NCBI GenBank assembly: GCA_900314665.1
Contig: OMWF01000080.1
Coordinates: 1-47,452, forward strand
Origin: an uncultured Actinomycetes bacterium
GTDB lineage: Bacteria > Actinomycetota > Coriobacteriia > Coriobacteriales > RUG033
DNA length: 47,452 bases
Reading direction: 5' to 3'
Part shown: one piece after another, positions 18,818 to 27,671 of the stretch
How positions within the stretch are numbered: the stretch's first letter is position 1
How the letters are laid out: each line of letters opens with the position of its first letter
Notes under the pieces: generated by a model
Seen by the model: the letters and a program-made list of their open reading frames with translations, nothing else
Told to the model about the DNA's origin: nothing
Databases searched by the model: none
Made by a program: the position numbers and the translations under genes

Positions 18818-19210
18818 ATTGTTATATTAGCATGTAAATTATATTATTTATTATTAATCTCATCACTTATCTTGCAATCAAGAACCCTCATTTGAAACCG
18901 CCAGGAAACCCCATCGAGCAGCACGTCGAGCCGCACTGGGCCGCCACGGAGCCAGCCGCCACCGCTCTGGCCCTCGGCCAGCGCATCCGTCGCCGCCTCT
19001 CGCCTTCAGTCGAGTACGCTAAAGTGGATGAGGCTAAGACCGTCCAAGGCACTCCCGCTTCCGGCCTCAATGGTCGAGATGCCGGCGGATGCCATGAAGA
19101 GGCAGGTCTTTGCCGCCTAGACGTACTCAAAGGCAGCCAGGCGCTTCCTCGGGAGCGAGACCCGCAGAGGTTGGTGCCCAAGGCTGCGCGATAGGATGCA
19201 GGGGGTTTGC

Positions 19211-20623
19211 ATGGATATCCGAGGGCGCTTCGCGACCGGCATGGCCTTGCTCGCCAACTGGGCGCTGCACCGTGCCGGCCGGCAAGGCTCGACGGTGCCC
19301 GGGCGGGTGGGCTTGAAGCTCGACCCCGGCCTGCTCGGCAAGCTCGCCGCCACCGTTGACGAAGGCGTGGTCGTAGTCTGCGGCACCAACGGCAAGACCA
19401 CCACCAACAACATGATCTACCAGGCGCTCAAGGCGCAGGGCAAGCGGGTGGCCGGCAACCTCGAGGGCGCCAACATGCTGCCCGGGGTGACCGCGGCCCT
19501 GGCCAAATCGGCCGGCGCCTCGGGTTCGCGCCACGTGGACTGGGCCTGCCTGGAGGTCGACGAGTTCAGCGCCCCGCGCATCGTCCCCCAGGTCAAGCCC
19601 ACCTTCCTGGTGCTGCTCGACCTCTTCCGCGACCAGCTCGACCGTTACGGCGAGATCGACATCGTGATCGACCGTCTGATCGAGACCGTCAAGGCCGCGG
19701 AGAACCTGACGGTCATCTACAACGCCGACGACCCGCTGTGCGCCCGCGTCGCCAAACAGGCGCCCAACCAGGTGGCCTTCGGGGTCGATCAGGACCTCAA
19801 TCTCCCCCACGACCTGGTCGTGGAGGGACGCTTCTGCCTGGAGTGCGGGCATCTGCTCTCCTACCGCTACCGCCAGTACGGCCAGCTCGGCGACTGGTAC
19901 TGTGAGAAGTGCGGCAACGCCCGGCCGGCCTTGGACTTTGCCGCCCGCGACGTGGACTTTGGCGAGCTGGCCACGGACCCCCTGCGCTTCTCGGTGACGG
20001 GGCCCTCAGAGCAGGCCGGCAGCCTCGCTCCCCTGCCCGCGCCGCCGGCAAGCAGCACGGTGGACCTCTCCACCAGCCGCCGGGGCGCCTACATGCTCTA
20101 CAACATCATGGCCGCCTGGGCGGCCTCCTGTCTGGCCGGCGTGGATCCCGAAAGCTTCCAGCGCATGCTCGCCGCCAACCAGACGAGCAAGGGCCGCATG
20201 GAAGGCTTCACGGTCGACGGCGTGCCGGTGGTGGTCAACCTGGCCAAGAACCCCACCGGCTTCAACCAGAACATCGGGGTCTGCCTGCGCGACCCCCGCA
20301 AGAAGGCGGTGGTCTTCATCGTCAACTCGCAGGTCAATGACGGCCACGACATCTCATGGCTGTGGGACGTCGACTACGAACGGTTGGCCGCGGCCGGCAC
20401 TTCGCTCTGGTACGCCGGCGGCGAGCGCCGCAACGACCTGCAGGTGCGCCTCAAGTACGCGGGCATCCCGGCCAAGCTCTCGGAGGACACCGCGGCCTCG
20501 GTCAAGGACGCCATCGCCCGCGGCGCCGAGGCCGTGTACGTGCTCCCCAACTATTCGGCCCTGGTCCCCGCCCGCGACGCGGTGGCGGCCATCGCCCAGG
20601 AAAGCGAGATGAGCGCCCGATGA
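19211..20623 (+). CDS. murT: Lipid II isoglutaminyl synthase, Mur-ligase-like subunit MurT
   Basis: GTNGKTTT P-loop, Cys4 ribbon CLECGH...CEKCG, DUF1727-like C-terminus. N-terminus is colinear with staphylococcal MurT as I recall it. Overlaps gatD by ATGA. Confidence 0.9.
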   Translation: MDIRGRFATGMALLANWALHRAGRQGSTVPGRVGLKLDPGLLGKLAATVDEGVVVVCGTNGKTTTNNMIYQALKAQGKRVAGNLEGANMLPGVTAALAKSAGASGSRHVDWACLEVDEFSAPRIVPQVKPTFLVLLDLFRDQLDRYGEIDIVIDRLIETVKAAENLTVIYNADDPLCARVAKQAPNQVAFGVDQDLNLPHDLVVEGRFCLECGHLLSYRYRQYGQLGDWYCEKCGNARPALDFAARDVDFGELATDPLRFSVTGPSEQAGSLAPLPAPPASSTVDLSTSRRGAYMLYNIMAAWAASCLAGVDPESFQRMLAANQTSKGRMEGFTVDGVPVVVNLAKNPTGFNQNIGVCLRDPRKKAVVFIVNSQVNDGHDISWLWDVDYERLAAAGTSLWYAGGERRNDLQVRLKYAGIPAKLSEDTAASVKDAIARGAEAVYVLPNYSALVPARDAVAAIAQESEMSAR

Positions 20624-21366
20624 GCGAGCAGAGCAGCGGTCCCGCCGTGCGCATCGCGCACCTCTACCCCGAGCTCCTGAACCTCTACGGCGATCGCGGC
20701 AACGTGATCTGCCTCAAGCAGCGCTGCCTGTGGCGCGGCATCGGCGCGGAGGTCGAGGAGGTCCGCCTCGGCGACCCCATCGACTTCTCCTCCACCGACA
20801 TCATCTTCATCGGCGGCGGCTCCGACCGGGAGGAGGAGCTGGTCTGCGGCGAGCTCGTGGCCGCCCGCGACCAGCTCTTCTCGTACGTCGAGGACGGTGG
20901 CGTGCTGCTCGCCGTCTGCGGCGGCTACCAGCTGCTAGGCAAGGGATACCTGATCGGTGACGAGCGGGTGGAGGGCGTCGGGCTGCTCGACGCGGACACC
21001 ACCCGCGGCGAAGGCCCGCGCCTGGTGGGCGACGTGGCGATCTCCTCGCCGCTGTGCGAGATGCCCATCGTGGGCTACGAGAACCACGCCGGCAGAACCA
21101 CCCTGGGACCCGATGCCGTCCCGCTGGGAACCGTGCTCAAGGGGCATGGAAACGACGGAGTGAGCGGGAGCGAGGGCGCGCTGCGCAACCACGCCATCGG
21201 CACCTACCTGCACGGCCCCCTGCTTCCCAAGAACCCGCAGCTGGCAGACTGGCTGATCTCTCGCGCCCTGGAGCGCCGCACCGGAAAGCCGGTGAAGCTG
21301 GCGCCGCTGCCGGACGAGGAGGAACGGGCAGCCAACGCCGCGGTCCGCGCCCACCTGGGGGTCTGA
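20620..21366 (+). CDS. gatD: Lipid II isoglutaminyl synthase, glutaminase subunit GatD (CobQ-like GATase)
   Basis: YPELLNLYGDRGN, nucleophile CGGYQLLG, YENHAG..., YLHGPLLPKNP. Translationally coupled to murT. Confidence 0.9.
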   Translation: MSEQSSGPAVRIAHLYPELLNLYGDRGNVICLKQRCLWRGIGAEVEEVRLGDPIDFSSTDIIFIGGGSDREEELVCGELVAARDQLFSYVEDGGVLLAVCGGYQLLGKGYLIGDERVEGVGLLDADTTRGEGPRLVGDVAISSPLCEMPIVGYENHAGRTTLGPDAVPLGTVLKGHGNDGVSGSEGALRNHAIGTYLHGPLLPKNPQLADWLISRALERRTGKPVKLAPLPDEEERAANAAVRAHLGV

Positions 21367-21491
21367 CTCACCCGAGTCGCGCCCGTTTTAACCCCGACCC
21401 CCCTATCGCGCTCTCATCCGGCTCTGGCACGATGCGAGGCCCGGCACCGGTGCGGACGTTCCGCCACAACACGTCCCCCTGCCGGCGCCTC

Positions 21492-22868
21492 CTACCCGAT
21501 GCCGCCCAGGATCGACCCGAGCACGAGCACCGCCAGCGTGGCCCCGCAGAAGACGTACTTTGCCAGGGGGTAGAACCACCCGCCCAGGGGCGTGCGCCTC
21601 CCCTTGTTGACCTGCAGGAGGCAGAAGTCCTTCCCACAGACCCAGAAGAACATGACCGCGGCGATGAGCGCCCCGATGGGGCACAGGTAGATGGAGCAGA
21701 AGTCCATCCAGCCAGAGACGATGCCGGCGATGGCAAGGCTCGCCACCAGCACGGTTGCGCCCACGACGAACGTGGCTTTGGTGCGGTCGAGCCCCAGACG
21801 CTCCTGCAGGGTGGCGATGGGAGCCTCAAAGAAGTTGATGAGCGAGGACAGCCCGCCAAACAGCACCGCCACAAAGAACACGGCCATGATCACCGGCCCG
21901 CCCGGCATGGTGGAAAAGAGCTCGGGAAGGTAGATGAAGAGCAGCCCCGGCCCGCCCTTCGACAGCTGCTGGCCGACGCTCGCCATAGCGGGGATGATCA
22001 CCAGGGCCGCAAGCAGGGCGGCGATGGTGTCGAACAACGCCACAAACGCCGCGCTCTGCGGCACGTTCTCGTCATCTCCCAGGTAGGAGCCGTAGATGAG
22101 CGTTCCGTTGCCGGCGATGGACAGCGAGAAGAACGCCTGCCCGAGGGCAAAGACCCACACGGTGGGGTCGGCTAGCCCCGCCGGGTCGAGCTTGAAGACG
22201 TAGGCATAGCCCGCGGAGGCGCCGGGCAGGGTGGCCACGTAGAGGGCGAGCCCCACGAAGAGCAGGAAGAAGAGCGGCATCATGACATCGTTGGCGCGCT
22301 CGATGCCTCGGCTCACCCCAAACACGAGGATCGCCGTCGCCGAGATGGCCGCCACGCACTGCCACAGGGCGTTCTGCTCGGAGACGTGCTCAAACTGGCC
22401 GGCAAACATGTCGAGCCCCTGCATGGAAGCCAGGGTCCCGGTAAAGGCGTCAAAGGTGTATTTGAAGATCCACCCCACCACCACGGTGTATCCGATCGCC
22501 ATGCACAGGGAGCTGACGACCGGCAGCAGTCCCACCGCCTCTCCCGGCGTGCGCGTGCCAAACCGGCGGAGGGTGGCCGCCCCAAACGCCTTGATGGGAC
22601 CGCCGCGCATGGCCCTGCCAAACGACATCTCGCCGATGACGCCGGTCGACCCTATGAGCAGCACGAATATGAGGTACGGCAGGATGAACGTGGCGCCCCC
22701 GTACGCCGACACGCGCGCCGGGAAGAGCCAGATGTTGCCCATCCCCACGGCAGACCCGATGCAGGCGAGGATAAACCCGCGCTTCGACCTGAATCCGTCT
22801 CTCCTCGCCCCGCCGCCCGCCGAACCGCCGGCGCGCGTCGCTGCAGGCTCAACCGTCTTGTCAGTCAC
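21492..22868 (-). CDS. Sodium-dependent transporter, NSS (SNF) family
   Basis: GFILACIGSAVGMGNIWLFP signature and multiple TM helices throughout. Confidence 0.88.
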   Translation of the reverse strand: MTDKTVEPAATRAGGSAGGGARRDGFRSKRGFILACIGSAVGMGNIWLFPARVSAYGGATFILPYLIFVLLIGSTGVIGEMSFGRAMRGGPIKAFGAATLRRFGTRTPGEAVGLLPVVSSLCMAIGYTVVVGWIFKYTFDAFTGTLASMQGLDMFAGQFEHVSEQNALWQCVAAISATAILVFGVSRGIERANDVMMPLFFLLFVGLALYVATLPGASAGYAYVFKLDPAGLADPTVWVFALGQAFFSLSIAGNGTLIYGSYLGDDENVPQSAAFVALFDTIAALLAALVIIPAMASVGQQLSKGGPGLLFIYLPELFSTMPGGPVIMAVFFVAVLFGGLSSLINFFEAPIATLQERLGLDRTKATFVVGATVLVASLAIAGIVSGWMDFCSIYLCPIGALIAAVMFFWVCGKDFCLLQVNKGRRTPLGGWFYPLAKYVFCGATLAVLVLGSILGGIG

Positions 22869-23047
22869 CGATGCCCCCGTGCTCGTGTCCTCGTCAGGCC
22901 TCGAGCTGCCGCGCGCCTTGACGCAGGTCGCGACCGCCCTCCCCTTGTCCGCATAGCAAGCGTGATATATGGATCCCTGGTCCTCGCCCCCGCCTCCAAG
23001 CGTCGACCGAGACTGTCGACAGTCTGGCAGGGGACGCCCCTCTCCCC

Positions 23048-23902
23048 CTACGGCAGCCGCTGGACGCCGATGCCGATGAGCCCTGGCCCGGTGTGCACCA
23101 CCAGCGCCGGAGATATCTCGCCTGTGACTACCAGCTCCGGTGCGGGGAGCTTCTCGGTCAGGCGAGAGAGGACCTCGGCCGCCTCTTCGGCCGCGTCGGC
23201 GTGCATCACCGTGAGGTTGTAGCGCGGCGTCCCGGCCGCAAACTCCTCGGCCATCCTAAGCGCCGTCCTGAGCTGCTTCTTGCGCCCCCGCGCCTTGGCG
23301 GCTGTGTAGTAGACTCCCCGCTCGTCGCAGGAGACGATGGGCTTGATGTCGAGCATCGAGCCCAGCATTCCGGCCACGCGCCCGATGCGCCCGCCGCGCC
23401 GCAGGTAGTCGAGGGTATTGAAGCAGATGAAGAGCTTGGAGTCGCGCACGTGCTCGCGGCAGATGCGCACCACCTCGTCAAACCCCCTGCCCTCCTCGAT
23501 GAGGCGGGCAGCCAGCAAGGCGACAAACCCGCTGCCGATGCCGATGTTCAGGGTGTCCACCACCTCGATGCGCATGCCCATGGGTGGCGGCACCAGGCTG
23601 AAGAGGTTGCACGTGCCAGAGAGCCCCGAGCTGATGGCGACGGCGACGACGCGCGTGTAGCCGTCATGGCGCATCTGGTGGATGGTGTCGGTCACCGCGG
23701 CCAGCCCCGGCAGCGAGGTCGAGGGAATCTCCCCCGGCATCCGGGAGTAGACCTCGCCCGGCGTGATGTCGACCCCGTCGCGAAACTCGCCCTCGGGGTA
23801 GATGAGGAGCTGCGGCACCAGGTACATGTGGTGCCGCAGTCTCAGCTCCGGGGGAACGTCTGAGCAGGAGTCGACCAGGACGGCGATCTTCTCAGCAGCC
23901 AC
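23048..23902 (-). CDS. DegV-family fatty-acid-binding protein
   Basis: KIAVLVDSCSDVP, TSLPG, SSGLSGT, typical DegV length. Confidence 0.9.
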   Translation of the reverse strand: MAAEKIAVLVDSCSDVPPELRLRHHMYLVPQLLIYPEGEFRDGVDITPGEVYSRMPGEIPSTSLPGLAAVTDTIHQMRHDGYTRVVAVAISSGLSGTCNLFSLVPPPMGMRIEVVDTLNIGIGSGFVALLAARLIEEGRGFDEVVRICREHVRDSKLFICFNTLDYLRRGGRIGRVAGMLGSMLDIKPIVSCDERGVYYTAAKARGRKKQLRTALRMAEEFAAGTPRYNLTVMHADAAEEAAEVLSRLTEKLPAPELVVTGEISPALVVHTGPGLIGIGVQRLP

Positions 23903-23911
23903 GACGCGGCC

Positions 23912-24532
23912 CTAACGGGTCGTTATCTGGTCGAGCGCCACGGCGCGGCCCTGGTCGAAGGAGGCGATGTTGGCCTCGACGGTCTTAGGCGGCACGCGCT
24001 GTGCGATCACGTCGTGCCATATCTCGACCGAGAAGGGCAGCACCGCCGACAGGGCGCCCATCAGCACCACGTTGGTGCCCTTGGGGTTGCCGGCGGTCTG
24101 GGCGATGCCGGTGGCGTCGATGAGGGTGGCCCCCAGGCGCTGAAGCTCGCCATGCGCGTCCGCGGGCATGTTGGCCTGGCCGATGAGCACCGGTAGCGGC
24201 TCCACCGCGTTGTCATTGACCAGCAGATGGCCCTCGGGAGCGAGGAAGGGCAGGTTGCGCAGGGCCTCGGTGGACTCGAAGGCCACCACCCGGTCGGCAA
24301 AGCCGGGGTCGGTCACCGGGCTCGCCACCTGCGACCCAAAGCGGACGATGGTGGAGACGGCTCCCCCGCGCTGCGCCATGCCGTGAATCTCCGAGACCTT
24401 GACGTCAAGGCCGCTCGCGGTGGCGGCGAGCGCGAGCAGGTCGCCGGCCAGGATGGTTCCCTGCCCGCCGACTCCGCAGAGCAGCACGGTGATGGTGTGG
24501 TCGGGCTTCTGGGCGGCGTCTGACTCCGTCAT
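23912..24532 (-). CDS. iorB: Indolepyruvate:ferredoxin oxidoreductase subunit beta
   Basis: LLCGVGGQGTILAGDLL...EIHGMAQRGGAV. Overlaps the iorA stop by 4 nt. Confidence 0.88.
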   Translation of the reverse strand: MTESDAAQKPDHTITVLLCGVGGQGTILAGDLLALAATASGLDVKVSEIHGMAQRGGAVSTIVRFGSQVASPVTDPGFADRVVAFESTEALRNLPFLAPEGHLLVNDNAVEPLPVLIGQANMPADAHGELQRLGATLIDATGIAQTAGNPKGTNVVLMGALSAVLPFSVEIWHDVIAQRVPPKTVEANIASFDQGRAVALDQITTR

Positions 24533-26283
24533 TTAGCAACACTCCCCCGAGGGTTCACGATGGCGTTGAAGGTGCAGACCTGCGCGCACTGAGTGCAGCC
24601 GATGCAGGCCGCCGGGTCGATCTTGGCCTTGCCGGTCTCGCGGTCACGGCCCAGAGCCTGGCAGCCGATGGAGATGCAGACCCCGCAGCCGGTGCAGACC
24701 GTGGGGTCGACCACGAGCGCCGGCTCGCGGTGCTTGCTGAGCAGGGCACAGGGCGACCTGAAAATGATGACGGTGAGCTGGGGCTCGTCGATGGCGTGCT
24801 GGATGGCGCCACGGACCTGGGAGAGGTCCATGGGGTCGGCCTCCACCACGTCCTCCACGCCCAGGGCGCGGACCAGGCCGGGCAGGTCCAGCTCATGGCT
24901 CGGGCGGTGCTGCAGGGTCACGCCGTTCACGGGGTTGCCCTGCTGGCCGGTCATGGCCGTAGTGCGGTTGTCGAGGATGCAGACGTTGCCCGTGCCCTGG
25001 TTGTAGACGATGTCGAGCAGCGAGGTGATGCCCGAGTGGGCAAAGGTGGAGTCGCCGATGACGCCGAAGGTGGGGTGCTTCTCGATGCCCCCCGCCAGCT
25101 CCATGCCGTGCACCATGGAGATCGAGGCGCCCATGTCCACGGTCGTGTCGAGCGCCGACAGCGGGGGCAGAGCGCCCAGGGTGTAGCAGCCGATGTCCCC
25201 CATCACCGTGGCGTGCGCCCGACGGAGCTCGGCCATCACCAGCCGGTGCGGGCAGCCGGCGCAGAGCGCGGGCGGGCGGTTGGGAACCTCCTGGTCGGTG
25301 GCGCGCGGGGTGGGCAGGGCCTTGCCGAAGGCCTTCATGATGATGCCCGGGGTGAGCTCGCCGTTGGGCGGCAGCGGGCAGGCGGGCGGCTCTGAGACCT
25401 TCACGCCCAGGGCCTTGACTCGCAGCTTGTAGTAGTCGAAGCACTCCTCCACCACGTAGAGGCGGTCAACCTGGGAGGCGAACTCGGCGATCTTCTTGGG
25501 CGGCAGCGGCCAGCTCATGCCGATCTTGAGCGTCGAAGCCTCGGGCAGCGCCTCGCGGACGTGCTGGTAGTCGGCTCCGCCGCAGATGATGCCCAGGGAG
25601 CGGTCACGCAGCTCGGTGCGGTTGAGATCGGTGGTCTCCGCAAACTCGGTCAGGGCCGCCTCGCGCTTGTCGGCCTCGATGCGGCGCAGACGGGCGCCGG
25701 CGGGCATCATCACGTACTTAAGCATGTCTTTGCTGTAGGGCTTGCGCTCCGGCACGCGGCGCTCACCGGTCTCGAGGACGGTGCGGGTGTGCGAGATGCG
25801 CACCGAGGAGCGGATGAGGCAGGGCACATCAAAGCGCTCGGAGATCTCATACGCCTTGATGGCCATCTCGCGCGCGTCGGCCGAGTCGCTCGGCTCGAGC
25901 ATGGGAACGCGGCTGGCGGCGGCATAGTTGCGCGAGTCCTGCTCGTTCTGTGACGAGTAGATGCCCGGATCGTCGGCCACCAGCAGCACCAGCCCGGCGT
26001 TGACGCCGGTGTAGGCAATCGAGAAGAGCGGGTCGGCAGCTACGTTGAGGCCCACATGCTTCATGGTGACGAGCGTGCGACGGCCGCCGAGCGAGGCGCC
26101 CATGGCGACCTCGAGGGCCACCTTCTCGTTGGGGCACCATTCGGCGTAGACGTCAGGCAGCGTGGCGAAGTGCTCGAGCGTCTCGGTCGAAGGCGTGCCC
26201 GGGTAGCCGACGCCGATGGTGCAGCCGGCCTCCCAGGCGCCCTGGGCGACGGCTTCGTTGCCCTGTAGCAGGACTTTGCTCAC
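24529..26283 (-). CDS. iorA: Indolepyruvate:ferredoxin oxidoreductase subunit alpha
   Basis: LLQGNEAVAQGAWEAGC..GYPGTPSTE, TPP-binding region GDIGCYTLG...GDSTFAHSG, two C-terminal 4Fe-4S motifs (CTGCGVCISIGC, CIGCTQCAQVC). GTG 26283 is preceded by GAAGGGA. The tracked ATG 26331 has no SD. Confidence 0.88.
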   Translation of the reverse strand: MSKVLLQGNEAVAQGAWEAGCTIGVGYPGTPSTETLEHFATLPDVYAEWCPNEKVALEVAMGASLGGRRTLVTMKHVGLNVAADPLFSIAYTGVNAGLVLLVADDPGIYSSQNEQDSRNYAAASRVPMLEPSDSADAREMAIKAYEISERFDVPCLIRSSVRISHTRTVLETGERRVPERKPYSKDMLKYVMMPAGARLRRIEADKREAALTEFAETTDLNRTELRDRSLGIICGGADYQHVREALPEASTLKIGMSWPLPPKKIAEFASQVDRLYVVEECFDYYKLRVKALGVKVSEPPACPLPPNGELTPGIIMKAFGKALPTPRATDQEVPNRPPALCAGCPHRLVMAELRRAHATVMGDIGCYTLGALPPLSALDTTVDMGASISMVHGMELAGGIEKHPTFGVIGDSTFAHSGITSLLDIVYNQGTGNVCILDNRTTAMTGQQGNPVNGVTLQHRPSHELDLPGLVRALGVEDVVEADPMDLSQVRGAIQHAIDEPQLTVIIFRSPCALLSKHREPALVVDPTVCTGCGVCISIGCQALGRDRETGKAKIDPAACIGCTQCAQVCTFNAIVNPRGSVAK

Positions 26284-26400
26284 AATCGGTCCCTTCTTTC
26301 TGGTTCCGCCCCTCTTGAGGTATCGCCCCATGATAGCGCATCAGATGTATCGCACCCCCTGCCTGCGCCTGGCGACGCCGCCCAAAGGACGTGAGCGCAG

Positions 26401-26438
26401 AAACGAAAGCGGCCCTGCGGCTGGAAGTCGCAGGGCCG
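26401..26438 (-). terminator. Intrinsic terminator after NlpC/P60 gene 1
   Basis: 11-bp GC stem GCGGCCCTGCG / CGCAGGGCCGC with a 9-nt loop. On the minus strand it is followed by TTTCGTTTCT. Confidence 0.7.
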
Positions 26439-26463
26439 CGTCAATGCATCCGGCGCCCGTCCC

Positions 26464-27600
26464 CTACAGGCGGCCAAACCCGACGAAGCCGCCGGACGTG
26501 CGAGCAGTGGTGAGACGGACGGTGGCGCCGGTATACGGGGCCTCCACCATCATGCCGCCGCCGGCGTACATGGCCACGTGCCGGCTGCCGCCGCTGCCAT
26601 AGAAGAGCAGGTCGCCGGGCTGGGCCTCTCCCATGTCGTAAAAGTGGTAGGAGCAGCTCGAGTATTGGGCGCCCGAATAGTGCGGAATCGATACGCCCAC
26701 CTGGGCGTACGCCCACATCACCAGGCCCGAGCAGTCAAAGGTGCTGGGGCCCTCGGCTCCCCACACGTAGGGGCAGCCGATGCGGGACTCCGCCGCCTCC
26801 AGGGCCGAGCTGTAGGTGCCCACCGCGTACGAGCCGCTCGCATTGCCATAGGAGGTCCCGCTGCTCGCGCTGGACGCGCTGGATGCTGCGGCCGCCGCGG
26901 CAGCGGCCCGCGCCGCCTCCGCGGCTGCGGCCTCCTCGGCCTCCTTCTGGGCCATGAGCTGCTGCACCTCGGACTCGAGCCCGTCGTAGTAGGCCTGCTG
27001 GGCGCTCACCTGCTCCTGAAGGCCGGCCTCCTCGGAGGCCTGCTGGGCCTCGAGGCTCTCCAGGTCGGCCTGCTGCTGCTCGAGCGTGGACTGCTGCTGC
27101 TCGAGCTCGGTGCGGGCGGCCACAAAGCCGTCGATGGCGCCCTGCTGCTGCGAGGTCACGCGCTGGCTGTAGGTGATGCCCGTCACCAGCTGTTCCATGC
27201 TGGTGGCCGAGGTGAGCACGTTGAGCACGGCGGAGACGTTGTTGGTGGTGTTGCCGCGGTACTGCTGGGTCACCGTCTGGTTGAGGTCATCGGTCGCGGC
27301 CTCAACCTGGGCCTGGGCGGCAGCCACCTGCCCTTGGGTCTCCTCGATGTCAGCCTTGGTCTGGGAGATGGAGCTCTGGGTCTCGTAGAGGGCGTTGCTC
27401 GCCTCGTTGAGCTGTCCCTCGAGCTCAGTCAGATAGGACTGGGCGGCCTCCGCCTCGGCCTGCTTGCCGTCGAGCTGCTCCTGCGTGCTGGGATCGGCCT
27501 CGGCTGCCCGGGGCTGCGAGAGGCAGGCCAGCGGCGTGCTGATGGCCAGGATGAGCGAGAAGCTCACTGCGGCGGTGCGGATGGCGGTCGTGCGGGTCAT
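26464..27600 (-). CDS. Secreted coiled-coil NlpC/P60 peptidoglycan endopeptidase (CwlO/RipC-like), paralogue 1
   Basis: Signal peptide, ~220-aa Q/E/A-rich heptad-like region, Ala/Ser linker, NlpC/P60 domain (YVWGAEGPSTFDCSGLV, RHVAMYAGGG). ATG 27600 has AGGAG at proper spacing, whereas the tracked ATG 27606 abuts the SD. Confidence 0.9.
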   Translation of the reverse strand: MTRTTAIRTAAVSFSLILAISTPLACLSQPRAAEADPSTQEQLDGKQAEAEAAQSYLTELEGQLNEASNALYETQSSISQTKADIEETQGQVAAAQAQVEAATDDLNQTVTQQYRGNTTNNVSAVLNVLTSATSMEQLVTGITYSQRVTSQQQGAIDGFVAARTELEQQQSTLEQQQADLESLEAQQASEEAGLQEQVSAQQAYYDGLESEVQQLMAQKEAEEAAAAEAARAAAAAAAASSASSASSGTSYGNASGSYAVGTYSSALEAAESRIGCPYVWGAEGPSTFDCSGLVMWAYAQVGVSIPHYSGAQYSSCSYHFYDMGEAQPGDLLFYGSGGSRHVAMYAGGGMMVEAPYTGATVRLTTARTSGGFVGFGRL

Positions 27601-27671
27601 GGGCATCTCCTAACAGGTGCGCGCTCCTCGCTGAGGCGGAAGCCGCGCGGACGGTGGGGTCTCGGTTGGTC

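Noticed and set aside
18892-19194. 100-aa TTG-initiated ORF upstream of murT, considered as a real gene.
   Set aside because: No SD and no recognisable family. The second half is Arg/Gly-rich junk, and the opposite strand is equally open. It is kept only as part of the long-leader observation.
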